Assembly (NCBI RefSeq): GCF_904830955.1 | Contig: NZ_LR882970.1 | Length of the DNA: 64,000 bases | Direction: 5' to 3' (one strand) | DNA from: Planktothrix tepida | GTDB taxonomy: Bacteria > Cyanobacteriota > Cyanobacteriia > Cyanobacteriales > Microcoleaceae | Shown here: one piece after another, positions 30,055 through 40,500 of the stretch | Numbering within the stretch: the first letter of the stretch is position 1 | Layout of the letters: each line of letters starts with the position of its first letter | Made by a program: the position numbers and the translations under genes | Notes under the pieces: model-generated | Seen by the model: the letters and a program-made list of their open reading frames with translations, nothing else | Databases searched by the model: none | What the model was told of the DNA's origin: nothing

Positions 30055-31422
30055 ATGAACATAACACTCCCAAATAGGTACGACTTCCTTTCTCGCTTCT
30101 TTAGACTAGCTTTCATCAATGTCCTGTCCAATATTATGGAGCCTCTGGCTGGGACAATCAGCTTAGCGTTCCTGGGCCATCTAACCGAAATCCATCACTT
30201 AGCAGGGGTTACTCTCTCTACCACTCTGTTTAACTTCACCTATTTCATTGTGAACTTTTTACGCATGGGAACCACTGGAGTGACAGCGCAAGCGGTGGGA
30301 CGGGATGACACCGAAGATATGCTGCTGGTGGGACTGCGTAATGCTTTAATCGGACTGGGTATAGGCGGACTGCTTCTGTTGTTGCAATATCCTCTGCAAC
30401 AGTTGTGGTTTGGTCTAATGAGCGTGACTCCAGAGGTTAAGGCTTCAGGTATTGACTATTTCAATGCCCGAATTTGGGGAGCGCCTGCGGTTGTCGTCAA
30501 TTTTGTTCTGATTGGGTGGTTTCTCGGACGAGAAATGAGTGGCTTTGTGTTGCTGATGACCCTAGTAGGCAATGCGGCTAATGTTGTGTTCGACTACCTG
30601 TTTATTGTCCGTTGGGACTGGGCAAGCACGGGGGCGGGACTGTCTCAGGCAATTAGCCAGTATCTGGTGTTAGTGGTAGGCATAATTTTGGCGAGTCTCA
30701 ATATCGAGTGGAAGGAAGCTCGAAGTGCAGCCAGAAAGTTTTGGGATGCCAGCGCATTTAAAGCGACTTTTACCCTGAACGGCAACCTCTTTATCAGGTC
30801 TTCGGCTAATATGTTCGTCGCCACCTTTTTCACGGCTCTAAGTTCTGCAATGGGGACAACTATCCTGGCTGAAAATGCCTTACTCTTACAAGTAATAATG
30901 CTTTCCAGTTACTTTTTTGAAGGAATAGGATTTGCTACCGAGACTTTGGGTGGAAATTTTAAAGGCAAACAAACAATAGATCGATTGTTGCCCCTATTGC
31001 AGGTGGCAGTCTCAACCAGCCTACTGGCGGCATTAATTTGTTCTGGAGTGTCTATCCTGTTCCCGAATACAGTCTTTGGGTTATTAACCAATCATAGTGA
31101 AGTGAAGGAACTTGTTAAAATCTATGTTTCTTGGCTACTCTCCAGACTGGGATTTAGTTCAATTGCTATGATACTGGATGGATACTTTGCTGGTTTAGCC
31201 CAAGGGCATTTTATACGTAACGCTACTTTAAGCGGAGCAATGTTTGGATTTGCGCCCTTAGCAGTCATGGCATGGCATTATCAGAGCAATCATCTCTTAT
31301 GGTTGGCTCTATCAATGTTCGCAGCAATAAGAGTGGTAGTGCTTGCGGTGCAGGTGTCCGCAACATTGAAAGATGAACCTCTGGTTGTCGCCGAGCAACT
31401 GCCTGATTCACGCATAGGTTGA
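30055..31422 (+). CDS. MATE-family efflux transporter (DinF-like)
   Basis: 455 aa with 12 predicted TM segments and a MATE N-terminal signature. Confidence 0.85.
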   Translation: MNITLPNRYDFLSRFFRLAFINVLSNIMEPLAGTISLAFLGHLTEIHHLAGVTLSTTLFNFTYFIVNFLRMGTTGVTAQAVGRDDTEDMLLVGLRNALIGLGIGGLLLLLQYPLQQLWFGLMSVTPEVKASGIDYFNARIWGAPAVVVNFVLIGWFLGREMSGFVLLMTLVGNAANVVFDYLFIVRWDWASTGAGLSQAISQYLVLVVGIILASLNIEWKEARSAARKFWDASAFKATFTLNGNLFIRSSANMFVATFFTALSSAMGTTILAENALLLQVIMLSSYFFEGIGFATETLGGNFKGKQTIDRLLPLLQVAVSTSLLAALICSGVSILFPNTVFGLLTNHSEVKELVKIYVSWLLSRLGFSSIAMILDGYFAGLAQGHFIRNATLSGAMFGFAPLAVMAWHYQSNHLLWLALSMFAAIRVVVLAVQVSATLKDEPLVVAEQLPDSRIG

Positions 31423-31536
31423 GCCGTCAACGTTTGCCTGTTTAAAACTTCAGCTAATTTGGTCAAAGTAGATTTTGATGGCGTAGCCTGTAAAAATCTA
31501 ACCTAGCAGGTAGTTAGAAATTGGCAGCAACAACTG

Positions 31537-31809
31537 TTACAGTCTGCTGATAACGAAAGATTTGATAACGTTAACTGTTTCAAAATTCTCCAGTAAGAAT
31601 TCTTCTGGATTTAAGGTAATACCAAACTTTTCTTCCAGAAAGCTAGCCAGTCGAAAAATGCCCAGCGAGTCAACCAGTCCTTCTTCGATTATGGACAAAT
31701 CATTTGATAAAACCATATCGGGTCTATCGTACATGAAATTTTGGATAATATGCTCTTTAATTATCTGTTCTATCTGTGCTTCCGTGTACTTGTTTACGGC
31801 GGTCATTAT
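31537..31809 (-). CDS. stand-alone acyl/peptidyl carrier protein
   Basis: 90 aa from ATG 31809 (AAGGAG RBS 8 nt upstream). The phosphopantetheine attachment motif is LVDSLGIFRL. The ORF track begins at an upstream alternative start. Confidence 0.75.
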   Translation of the reverse strand: MMTAVNKYTEAQIEQIIKEHIIQNFMYDRPDMVLSNDLSIIEEGLVDSLGIFRLASFLEEKFGITLNPEEFLLENFETVNVIKSFVISRL

Positions 31810-31825
31810 CAATCTCCTTATTGAA

Positions 31826-33445
31826 CTATTTTGAATTCTCTTGAAGTTCTTCGGTACGCAGTAAGGTTTTGTCAATCTTGCCTGTAGGGGTTTTAGGTAA
31901 CCCAGAACGAAACTCAATTAGCTCCGGTATCATGTATTTAGGTAGACGCTGTGCACAAAAATATTCTACATCGCTCTTTTTGAGATTATTTCCATCCTGT
32001 GTGGCAATTATAGCCTTGATTTTCTTGCCGATTTCCTCATCGGGAATAGCAATTACGGCTGCTTCAACAATTGCAGGATGAGCGTATAGCGTCGTTTCAA
32101 TTTCATCCAGTTCAATTCGGTATCCTCGGCTCTTAATCTGGTTATCGCGACGACCTAAATAAATATAGTTGCCATCAGAATTGAGTTTCACTAAATCCCC
32201 AGTTCGGTAAACTTTTTCTAACCATCCGCAACCTGGTACGGGGAAAGGTGTGAGAGCCTGTTGGGTTTTGTCATGATTTCCCCAGTATCCTTTCATTAAG
32301 GAGGGGCTACGCACGTAAAGTTCCCCAACTTCTCCTGGTTTGGTAATTTCCTTGTGTTCATTAACGGCAAATACCTCTGTGTTGGCACAAGCTTTGCCAA
32401 TGGGCAGAGTTCTTACCTCTTCAGGAGGAATTTCCTTTACCGGATAGTAAGTACAGACATTTGTTTCTGTGGGTCCGTAGAGATTATAGTAGTTGGCTTG
32501 CGGTAGCAACTCCATAAGTTGACGCAGGTATTTAACTGGGAACACTTCCCCCGCAAACAAAATCGTCCGAATATGGGGAAATTGAGCCTGATGCAGGTTG
32601 CCGTAAACAATTAGCTGTCTCAGCACTGAAGGGACAGAATACCAGATGGTAATTTGTTGTTCTTCAATAAACTGAGCGAGGTTTCTGGGAAACACTGAGA
32701 GTTCCGGTGGTACCAGAATGACAGTCGCACCTGCTTTGATAGTGGTGAAGATATCAAAGATGGAAAGATCGAAATGAAGTGGGGCGTGATTGGAAACGCG
32801 ATCGCTCCTTTGTACCTGAAAGCAATCATAAGCCCAGTTGACAAAGGTTAGAGAAGCTCGATGGCTAATCATCACCCCTTTGGGAGTGCCAGTGGAGCCG
32901 GATGTGTAGAGAATGTAGGCAAGATCGTCTTCAATCAAATTGCTGGGTGGTGATGGGTTTGGCGGTGCTTGCAACACCTCTTGCCAAGACACCATCCTGA
33001 CATTTGACAGATTACCCGTGTCCTGTTGTGCTTCATCGTCAGCGAGTACCAGGCACTGGACACCAGAGGTGTTTGGCAGTTGAAGGCTGGCTATCTTTTT
33101 ATGGGTACTCACCAAAGCCTTCATCTGGCAATTGTCAATGATAAAGCCTATCCGCTTCGCAGGAGCTAAGGGGTCTAGGGGAACGTAGACAGATCCAGCT
33201 TTAAGGATACCGAAAATGGCAATGACTGCTTCAATGGATTTGTTCACGTAAATGCCGACGCGATCGCCTCTTGATATCCCGCAACTTATCAAGAGGTGGG
33301 CTAACTGATTAGAAACTTGGTCTAACTCCCGATACGTGATGCTGCTATTTTTATAGATTACAGCTTCCCGGTCTGGATATTGCTTGGCACTAATTTCTAA
33401 AAGCTGTTGCAGTAGATACGGCATGGGTTTTGGGCTGTCTTCCAT
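31826..33445 (-). CDS. stand-alone adenylation enzyme (amino acid-AMP ligase; AnaC/PltF-like)
   Basis: A-domain cores are present: A3 YTSGSTGTPKGV, A5 YGPTE, A7 YRTGDL, A8 GRRDNQIKSRGYRIELDEIE, A10 PKTPTGKIDK. No C or T domain. Start set at ATG 33445 (MEDSPKPMPYLLQQLLE...). Confidence 0.9.
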   Translation of the reverse strand: MEDSPKPMPYLLQQLLEISAKQYPDREAVIYKNSSITYRELDQVSNQLAHLLISCGISRGDRVGIYVNKSIEAVIAIFGILKAGSVYVPLDPLAPAKRIGFIIDNCQMKALVSTHKKIASLQLPNTSGVQCLVLADDEAQQDTGNLSNVRMVSWQEVLQAPPNPSPPSNLIEDDLAYILYTSGSTGTPKGVMISHRASLTFVNWAYDCFQVQRSDRVSNHAPLHFDLSIFDIFTTIKAGATVILVPPELSVFPRNLAQFIEEQQITIWYSVPSVLRQLIVYGNLHQAQFPHIRTILFAGEVFPVKYLRQLMELLPQANYYNLYGPTETNVCTYYPVKEIPPEEVRTLPIGKACANTEVFAVNEHKEITKPGEVGELYVRSPSLMKGYWGNHDKTQQALTPFPVPGCGWLEKVYRTGDLVKLNSDGNYIYLGRRDNQIKSRGYRIELDEIETTLYAHPAIVEAAVIAIPDEEIGKKIKAIIATQDGNNLKKSDVEYFCAQRLPKYMIPELIEFRSGLPKTPTGKIDKTLLRTEELQENSK

Positions 33446-33557
33446 AGAATGTTCAAACGATAATACAGCGAGATGAATTCGTACCAATTCTTCGTAGCGC
33501 GCCGCAGCGTTGTCTCGTAATCTCGCAAATGCTCTCGCGTAAACAAAAAATCACCCT

Positions 33558-34703
33558 CTATAATCCCATAAATTGGGCAATTATTTGGTACTGAATCTCA
33601 GAGGTTCCTGAATAAAGCTTGCTCCCTAACGCATCCCTTAATTCTCGTTCTAGTTCTAACTCAGTTAGATAGCCATAACCACCATGAATCTGAATTGCAT
33701 CAAGGCAGGACTGCACCCAAGATTCACTAATATAAAGTTTTGCCATTGCCGCTTCCATAATCGCCGTTTTTTTATTATTTTTTAACCATCCTACTTTATA
33801 CAGCAGCGCTCTAGCTGTTTCAAGTCGCATCTTCATGTCAACAATTTTGCTGCTAACTAACTGAAATTTTCCAATCGATTGACCAAATTGCTGGCGCTTC
33901 CTAGCATATTGAATGCAGCTTTCTAACAGACGTTCCATAGTCCCGATCGCACTGGCAAGAATGAATCCTCGCTCCCATTCCATACTGTGATTAAAGATAG
34001 CAAGTCCCGAACCCTCTTGACCAAGACGATTTTCACTCGGCACTTCACAATTTTCTAGGAACAGTTCACCTAACTGAGTCGTTCTTAAACCCATTTTGGA
34101 AATTTTACGATTGATCGCGACTCCGGCAAAATCTTTTTCGACGATAAATCCAGTAATTCCCCGTTTTCCTTTTTCGGGAGCGACATTCGCAAATACAATG
34201 TAAAGGTCAGCAACTGGACCATTTGTGACCCAATTCTTAACACCATTTAAGATGTACTTGTCTCCCTGTATTTTGGCAGTAGTCTTAAGATTGTAAATAT
34301 CCGAACCTGCTTCTGGTTCACTTGCCCCATGAGCGCCAATGAATTCACCGCTACAGAGTTTGGGGAGATACTTTTGTTTTTGAGCTTCGGTGCCAAAGGT
34401 TAAAATCGGTATTTCGCCAGCCCATATATGAGCGTTGATGGCAAAGATTAGACCATTGTCTTTACAACCATAACCTAAAGCTTCCAAGGCACAAATCGTT
34501 GTAAGAATATCTGTCCCAGTTCCCCCATAATGTTCAGGAATTGGCAGACCGATCAGACCAAATTTCCCACATTTTTCCCAACTTTCTCGGTTAAATTCTT
34601 CTCGCCAATCTAGGTCAATTAGATTTGATTGCAACTCTTGTTGGGCGAATTTAACAATCTTCTCTCTAAACTGAATTTGTTCCTCTGTCCATGAAAAGTC
34701 CAT
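33558..34703 (-). CDS. acyl-CoA dehydrogenase-family flavoprotein (candidate aminoacyl-S-carrier protein oxidase, AnaB/PltE-like)
   Basis: 381-aa ACAD fold (MDFSWTEEQ...). The catalytic-base region is YSGTSEIQ. It lies directly upstream of the A enzyme and carrier protein. Confidence 0.8.
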   Translation of the reverse strand: MDFSWTEEQIQFREKIVKFAQQELQSNLIDLDWREEFNRESWEKCGKFGLIGLPIPEHYGGTGTDILTTICALEALGYGCKDNGLIFAINAHIWAGEIPILTFGTEAQKQKYLPKLCSGEFIGAHGASEPEAGSDIYNLKTTAKIQGDKYILNGVKNWVTNGPVADLYIVFANVAPEKGKRGITGFIVEKDFAGVAINRKISKMGLRTTQLGELFLENCEVPSENRLGQEGSGLAIFNHSMEWERGFILASAIGTMERLLESCIQYARKRQQFGQSIGKFQLVSSKIVDMKMRLETARALLYKVGWLKNNKKTAIMEAAMAKLYISESWVQSCLDAIQIHGGYGYLTELELERELRDALGSKLYSGTSEIQYQIIAQFMGL

Positions 34704-34713
34704 TTTTCAAAGC

Positions 34714-36495
34714 TCATTGTGGTGATGAATGTATTCTTATATTGGAATCTGGGTGTCGTTGCTCTATTAACAATTTTCCGATTTCTGAAAGACACTGCTT
34801 GACAAGAGCGATGAAATCTTCCGGCTGTAGATGTTTACTCGTTACAGCAAAGGTAATCTTGTTGCGATCGATGACATAGCCGATTCCATAGTCGCGACAT
34901 GGACTGGGGCAGGCTATCTCTACACCCATTTTATTACTTAGGGCAGAAGCGGAGAAGCTTGGGTCTAAGATAACTTCTTCAAAGGTTTTATCTTGAAAAA
35001 TATCGAGAACACTGCTGCCTTTATAGCGAGCTAAGTTATAAAGCGCATAAAGGTGCATGACCACTCCCTGCCCGTTTTTAGTGTTAAACACTCGCCATAA
35101 ATGAGCGTTAACAGCACGTTTTAGAGTCCGATATCGCACTTCGTCTGAAGCTCCCTCAGTAAAGGCTTGAATGAGTTCTACAGATTCGGGTGTAACTACT
35201 AAGGCGTAGTCGTGCCGCCCGTACCGGAAGGTTCTGTTGTGTACAGCTTGCCAAGCGCTAGTAGTAATCTTACCATGCAGGCGAGTGTAAGCAATCTGTA
35301 GCGACAGGAGAAACACAGCATCAGCAATTAAACCATGTTGCTGGATAAAGTCTGACCCAAATTCGTCGAAAATTATTATCCCCATCTGAATTTGTTCGCT
35401 CAGACGCTCTGCATCTGTTAATGCTTGCGCTACTTCTTCTTTGAGTGTCCGATCTAACTTCCAGCACAGTCGCTGTGGTGGTTCGAGTTCGACTGAACTG
35501 GAGGATGTAAGGGATTCTTCAAGGGGTTCAAGCTCCCGGTTGACCTCGCTTATCAACCGTGCTACCGGATAACCATCGACATTACTGTGTTCAATTGTTA
35601 CAGCGAACTGACCCTCAGAGTTAAAAACGAGCCGAATAGGTTTATCGAACCATCGGTTTCGCGCACCATCTCCAGTAAAGGCAGTTCTTGCTAGCCTTTC
35701 CAAATCGGGAGGCGTTATTTCGTCTAAACAGACAACAAATAAGGCGCTATCCAATAGTTCTAGAGAGCAAGCGTTTTCTGCATCTAGGTTCGTGAGGTAG
35801 GAGCGAACTGTTGCCCACTGTTCTCTGGGGAGAGATGTCAGCACTCCCACAGGAAGTTCCCCTGGATGAGTATTTTCCAGAATCCAATCAATTTGCTGTG
35901 CTACAGCTTCCACCGACGGTAACGTATCCCCTGGGAGCAACTTTAAGACGTAAAACGTATCCCGTCGGATGACCACAATATGCTCAGAATTTTTCGCCCT
36001 TTGAAAGCTGTCACATTTGATTCCAGGAATTCGCGCACTGCCAAACAAATTGTCATACTGAGCCATACAAAGGGGAGGTTTGTTTCGTTGAAATACATCG
36101 CGATCTGGCTCTAGTTCCCGATATTTGATTTTCAGGTGGAATTGGAGGGTATTAAAAATTATGATGGCGACAATGCGGGTAAAGGAATATTTCGAGGTTG
36201 TCAAGACGGGCGAAGCCACCCCTGTGCTTCTCATATTTAGTTGTGAAGACCGCATTTCTAAATAGGTTTCCTCTTTAAATTGTTGTAAATAGTTAGTATT
36301 AGTTGAGCGGTCAATCATCTCCAATTGCTTCTGTAGTTCGACTCCACTCCCTTGTTGAAATTCCCTTACGGCGGTCTTAGTTCGCTCTAATTCTGTGTCA
36401 CTCAACAGCGGTGTTACCATCTCGATATAACGAGCGCAGGTGTCTGAGAGTTTGGGCAAAGGTAGTTTTGGAAGAGACTCTTGGAATTGATACAT
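34714..36495 (-). CDS. choline/carnitine O-acyltransferase-family protein
   Basis: The N-terminal LPKLPLPKLSDTCARYIEMV resembles the family signature LP+LPVP.L..T...Y. The catalytic His block is IEHSNVDGY (family motif EHSxxDG). 593 aa. Confidence 0.7.
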   Translation of the reverse strand: MYQFQESLPKLPLPKLSDTCARYIEMVTPLLSDTELERTKTAVREFQQGSGVELQKQLEMIDRSTNTNYLQQFKEETYLEMRSSQLNMRSTGVASPVLTTSKYSFTRIVAIIIFNTLQFHLKIKYRELEPDRDVFQRNKPPLCMAQYDNLFGSARIPGIKCDSFQRAKNSEHIVVIRRDTFYVLKLLPGDTLPSVEAVAQQIDWILENTHPGELPVGVLTSLPREQWATVRSYLTNLDAENACSLELLDSALFVVCLDEITPPDLERLARTAFTGDGARNRWFDKPIRLVFNSEGQFAVTIEHSNVDGYPVARLISEVNRELEPLEESLTSSSSVELEPPQRLCWKLDRTLKEEVAQALTDAERLSEQIQMGIIIFDEFGSDFIQQHGLIADAVFLLSLQIAYTRLHGKITTSAWQAVHNRTFRYGRHDYALVVTPESVELIQAFTEGASDEVRYRTLKRAVNAHLWRVFNTKNGQGVVMHLYALYNLARYKGSSVLDIFQDKTFEEVILDPSFSASALSNKMGVEIACPSPCRDYGIGYVIDRNKITFAVTSKHLQPEDFIALVKQCLSEIGKLLIEQRHPDSNIRIHSSPQ

Positions 36496-36520
36496 CTACT
36501 TACACTTATAGCTAAGATTA

Positions 36521-37492
36521 TCAGAATTGTGACATAGAAATCAAAATTTTTCTCGAACCAAAAAACGGTCTTCGTCCATGACAAACTAACATATTATCTA
36601 TGACTAGAACATCACCCTCCCGCCAAGGAAAAACAACAGTTTGTTTACCAATAGTTTCTCTAATTTCATCTAGCATTGAAACATCAATTGGAGTATTGTC
36701 GCCAAAGCAAGCATAGTGAGGGAGTTCCTCTTCGTTACCGTCAAAATAAAACATCATAGCTTCGTAGATATTTTTAGGAAGAGTAGATGGATGAAATAGA
36801 TCGGCTTGATTAAACCAAACTTGTTCATCTGTACGAGGATGAGTTGCAATAGCAGGACGAATCTGGCTTAATCGCAATCCTCCATCCTTCTTCCACTCAA
36901 AATCCATACCAGCTTTTCTATTATGCTCTTCTACTAGGGACTTATCTGAAGTTTTAAAAGCATCTTGCCATGAAACTCCCATGCCATTACTACTAGGTAA
37001 ATTGCGGATATACTTCACTTGTTTAAGTGTGAACTTTTCCACAATCTTTGGGTTAAGACTTTTGAGGATTTGGCGACTATCAGCAATTGGTGTTTCTCCG
37101 CCCTCTTTAGGCGCAGTAATACAGCAAAAATAGAGTTGGTCTGGCCATTGGCTAGAGTAGGATAACTCATTATGCAAACTAATGGAGTATTCAGCTGGAT
37201 ATTCAGTTGAAGTATAAATACCACTAGCTAGTTGGGTTCGGGGAGAATTTCCATCAACATAATCTATTAAATTACCTGAAATAGATTTAACGAATTTTTC
37301 AAAAGCTAAGATTGTATTGACATCAAAACCTCGAAAAAGAATCGCTCCGTGTTTCAAAATTTTGTTTGATAAAAGTTCACTATTATCTTTGTACCATGAA
37401 AGGAGATAATCAAAATTAGACGATTCGCGTTTTGTGTCAGGTTCTACTAGCAAGGGTAGATTGTGATTCGAGTCGAAAATTCCTATTTTCAT
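36521..37492 (-). CDS. Fe(II)/2-oxoglutarate-dependent dioxygenase, TauD/TfdA, SyrP or gamma-butyrobetaine-hydroxylase-like
   Basis: HxE facial-triad motif in ISLHNELSY. Distal His and Arg in LVCHGRRPFFG. 323 aa. Confidence 0.75.
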   Translation of the reverse strand: MKIGIFDSNHNLPLLVEPDTKRESSNFDYLLSWYKDNSELLSNKILKHGAILFRGFDVNTILAFEKFVKSISGNLIDYVDGNSPRTQLASGIYTSTEYPAEYSISLHNELSYSSQWPDQLYFCCITAPKEGGETPIADSRQILKSLNPKIVEKFTLKQVKYIRNLPSSNGMGVSWQDAFKTSDKSLVEEHNRKAGMDFEWKKDGGLRLSQIRPAIATHPRTDEQVWFNQADLFHPSTLPKNIYEAMMFYFDGNEEELPHYACFGDNTPIDVSMLDEIRETIGKQTVVFPWREGDVLVIDNMLVCHGRRPFFGSRKILISMSQF

Positions 37493-37566
37493 AATGATTG
37501 AGCTTTTTTAGTCAAATGAAAGAGCTTGTTAATTACCTCAAAAATTTCCACTTAACAGACCAATTA

Positions 37567-40500
37567 CTAAGCCAATGGAGCCTGTGTTTGCTTTAGGCAA
37601 GAGAGAAGTTGTGTGGCTAACACCTGTACGTGCGGCTGTTGCATCATGGTGCTATGGTTCCCTGGAACAACATGAATGTCTATAGTAGAAGAAAACTCGT
37701 TCCAGCCCAAAGCAGGTTCTTTTCGCCTTTGTTTCAACTCTTCTGTATCACCCTCAAATACATCAACCTCACTAGAACGGAAAAGAGTAATGGGAGCTTG
37801 TTGCAGCCCCGAAGGCAAATAAGCACGATGAGCTTTCAGGGACGCAATGTATACTTGCACTAGCCCCCGTACTAACCCTATTCCCGCATCAGGGGGTAGC
37901 AAATTGACCCGTATCAACCGTTCTTTGAGATAGTTCAATTGCTCCTCCTGAGATAGGGAAGCAAGAGTTTCTTTAGATACCTCCAACTTGAGGGAGAACA
38001 TATATTCAATATAGCTGGCAAAATCAAAAAGATATGCCACCTCATCTTCATCAGAATAATTCGGCTTATTAGCAACAATTGGCGCAACAACGTCAATAAT
38101 TGCAAGTAGAGCGACCTCATGCCCCTGTTTGAGCAACTGAGTTGCCATCTCAAAGGCAACTACACCTCCAAACGAATGCCCTCCCAGCAGGTACGGACCA
38201 GAGGGCTGAACTGTCTGTATTGCTTCAATATAGTAGGTGGCTATCTCTTCCAACTGTGTAAAAGGCTCTGATTCGCCATCCAGTCCCCGTGCTTGCAGAC
38301 CGTAGAAGGGTTGCTCAGATCCAAGATGACGCGCTAGCTCATATAAGTAAATCACATTTCCCCCAACTCCAGGCACAAAGAAGAAAGGTCGCTTCTCGGT
38401 GCCAGACTGAATTGCTACCAAAGGAGACCAAGGCAAGGAATGAGTTTCGGATCGAAGACAACTAGCTAGCTGTTCGATAGTTGGGCTAGAGAAAAGCGTT
38501 GCTATGGGCAGATTTTTCCCAAAATGCCGCGAAATTTGAGCCATTAAGAGTACAGCTAAAAGAGAATGACCTCCGAAAGTAAAGAAGTTATCCTTCATTC
38601 CAACAGTCGGAAGCTTCAAAACCTCTGACCAAATTTGCTGTAGTTGCTGTTCAACTGTGTCACGGGGAGGGACAAAGCCCATTGAGTTACTTAATTCCGT
38701 ATCTGGTGTCTCCAAGGCGCGACGGTCTACCTTACCATTGGGGGTGAGAGGTAAAGAAGAAAGCATCACAAAGGCTCCCGGCACCATGTAGTCTGGGAGC
38801 TTTTGTTGGAGGAAGTGCCGCAGTTCAATGGTGGCAGGAGGTTCATGGTTGGGAACAACATAAGCTACCAGTCGTTTGTTATCTGGTTGGTCATCCCTTG
38901 CTAAAACTACTGTCTCCCGTAACTCTGGGTGTTGAGCTAGCGCTGCTTCGATTTCTCCGAGTTCAATACGGAAACCGCGAATCTTCACTTGACGATCCAG
39001 CCGACCAAGGAACTCAATGTTACCGTCTGGAAGGTAGCGGGCATTGTCCCCGGTTTTGTAGAGGCGTGTTCCTTCTTCTTGGCTAAAGGGGTTGGGGATG
39101 AATTTTTCTTTTGTCAATTCTGGGCTGTTGAGGTAGCCTCGCGCCAGTCCAAAACCACCAATATGCACTTCCCCAGGTACACCAACAGGGACTGGTTGCA
39201 GATGGCAGTCGAGCAGATAAATTTGTGTGTTGGTGATCGGGCGACCGATAGGGACAATTTTGATTGGCTCATCCTGTTGTGCCGGAATTGGATAAGTGGC
39301 AACAATTCCACAAGTTTCAGTTTGACCAAACATATTGATTAATCGTGCTTTGTGCTGAAAACCAAACGTCCACTGAGTAGGAAGATCGGACAGCAGCGGT
39401 TCGCTCGCCGACACAATTAAACGCAGTTTGTTATCTAACAGTGCTTGTTTCGTAACAGGTTCTAAGCTAGCAAGTGTATGAATGCAGTTACGCCAATAAG
39501 AGGGGACAATATCAATAACTGTCACACTATGTTGTTTAATTGTCGTAAATAGTGATTGTGGGTCTTTTCTCTGTTCAGAAGTTGCAATTTTGACAGTTGC
39601 CCCACTAGCCAGAGGCACGATCAACTGTCTGACAGAAGATGAGAAAGCAATCGATGCGGTGTGCAAATATACATCTTCTGCTGTGATATTTAGCACTTGA
39701 CTCATTGCTTGGGCATAGTGACACAAATTAGCGTGTGTCACCTGTACTCCCTTTGGCTTTCCCGTTGAGCCAGAGGTATAAATGACATAGGCTAAATTAG
39801 CAACTGTTGCTGTTTGGTTTAAATTTTCTTCTGAGTGTTGAGCAATGAGATGCCTATCTGTATCTAAGCAAACAACTTGTGCCGTATGTTCAGGCAGTTC
39901 TGTTATCAAGCACTCCTGAGTCAACAACACCTTTGGTTGTGAATTTTGCAACATGAACGCTAAGCGCTCTTTGGGATAGGATGGGTCTAAAGGCACATAA
40001 GCCCCTCCAGTTTTGAGGATGCCAAGTAGACTCACTACCATCTCTAAGGAGCGATCAACGTAGATGCCCACCAGCACTTCTGGCTCCACACCTAGAGTTT
40101 TCAAGTGATGTGCTATTCTGTTCGCCCGTTGGTTCAAATCTTGGTAGGTCAGTTGCTCCCCTTCAAAAACCACCGCAATAGCATCAGGCGATCGCTCCAC
40201 CTGTTCCTCAAATAACTGGTGGATACACTTATTGAAGGGATACTCTTTTGTGGCGTTGTTCCACTCTACTAATAGCTGGTGTCGCTCTGGCTCTGTGAGC
40301 AATGGCAATTCTGAAACCTTCTGTTGAGGATTAGCAACAATTCCCTCTAGTAAGGTCTGAAAATGTTGAGCCATGCGATTGATCGTACTGGCATCAAACA
40401 AGTCAGTATTGTATTCCCACGTCCCGATTAGTCCAGAGTCGCTGTTGACGAAAGCTACAAACAAATCCAACTTCGCCGTAGCTGTTTCTACCGCTACTGG

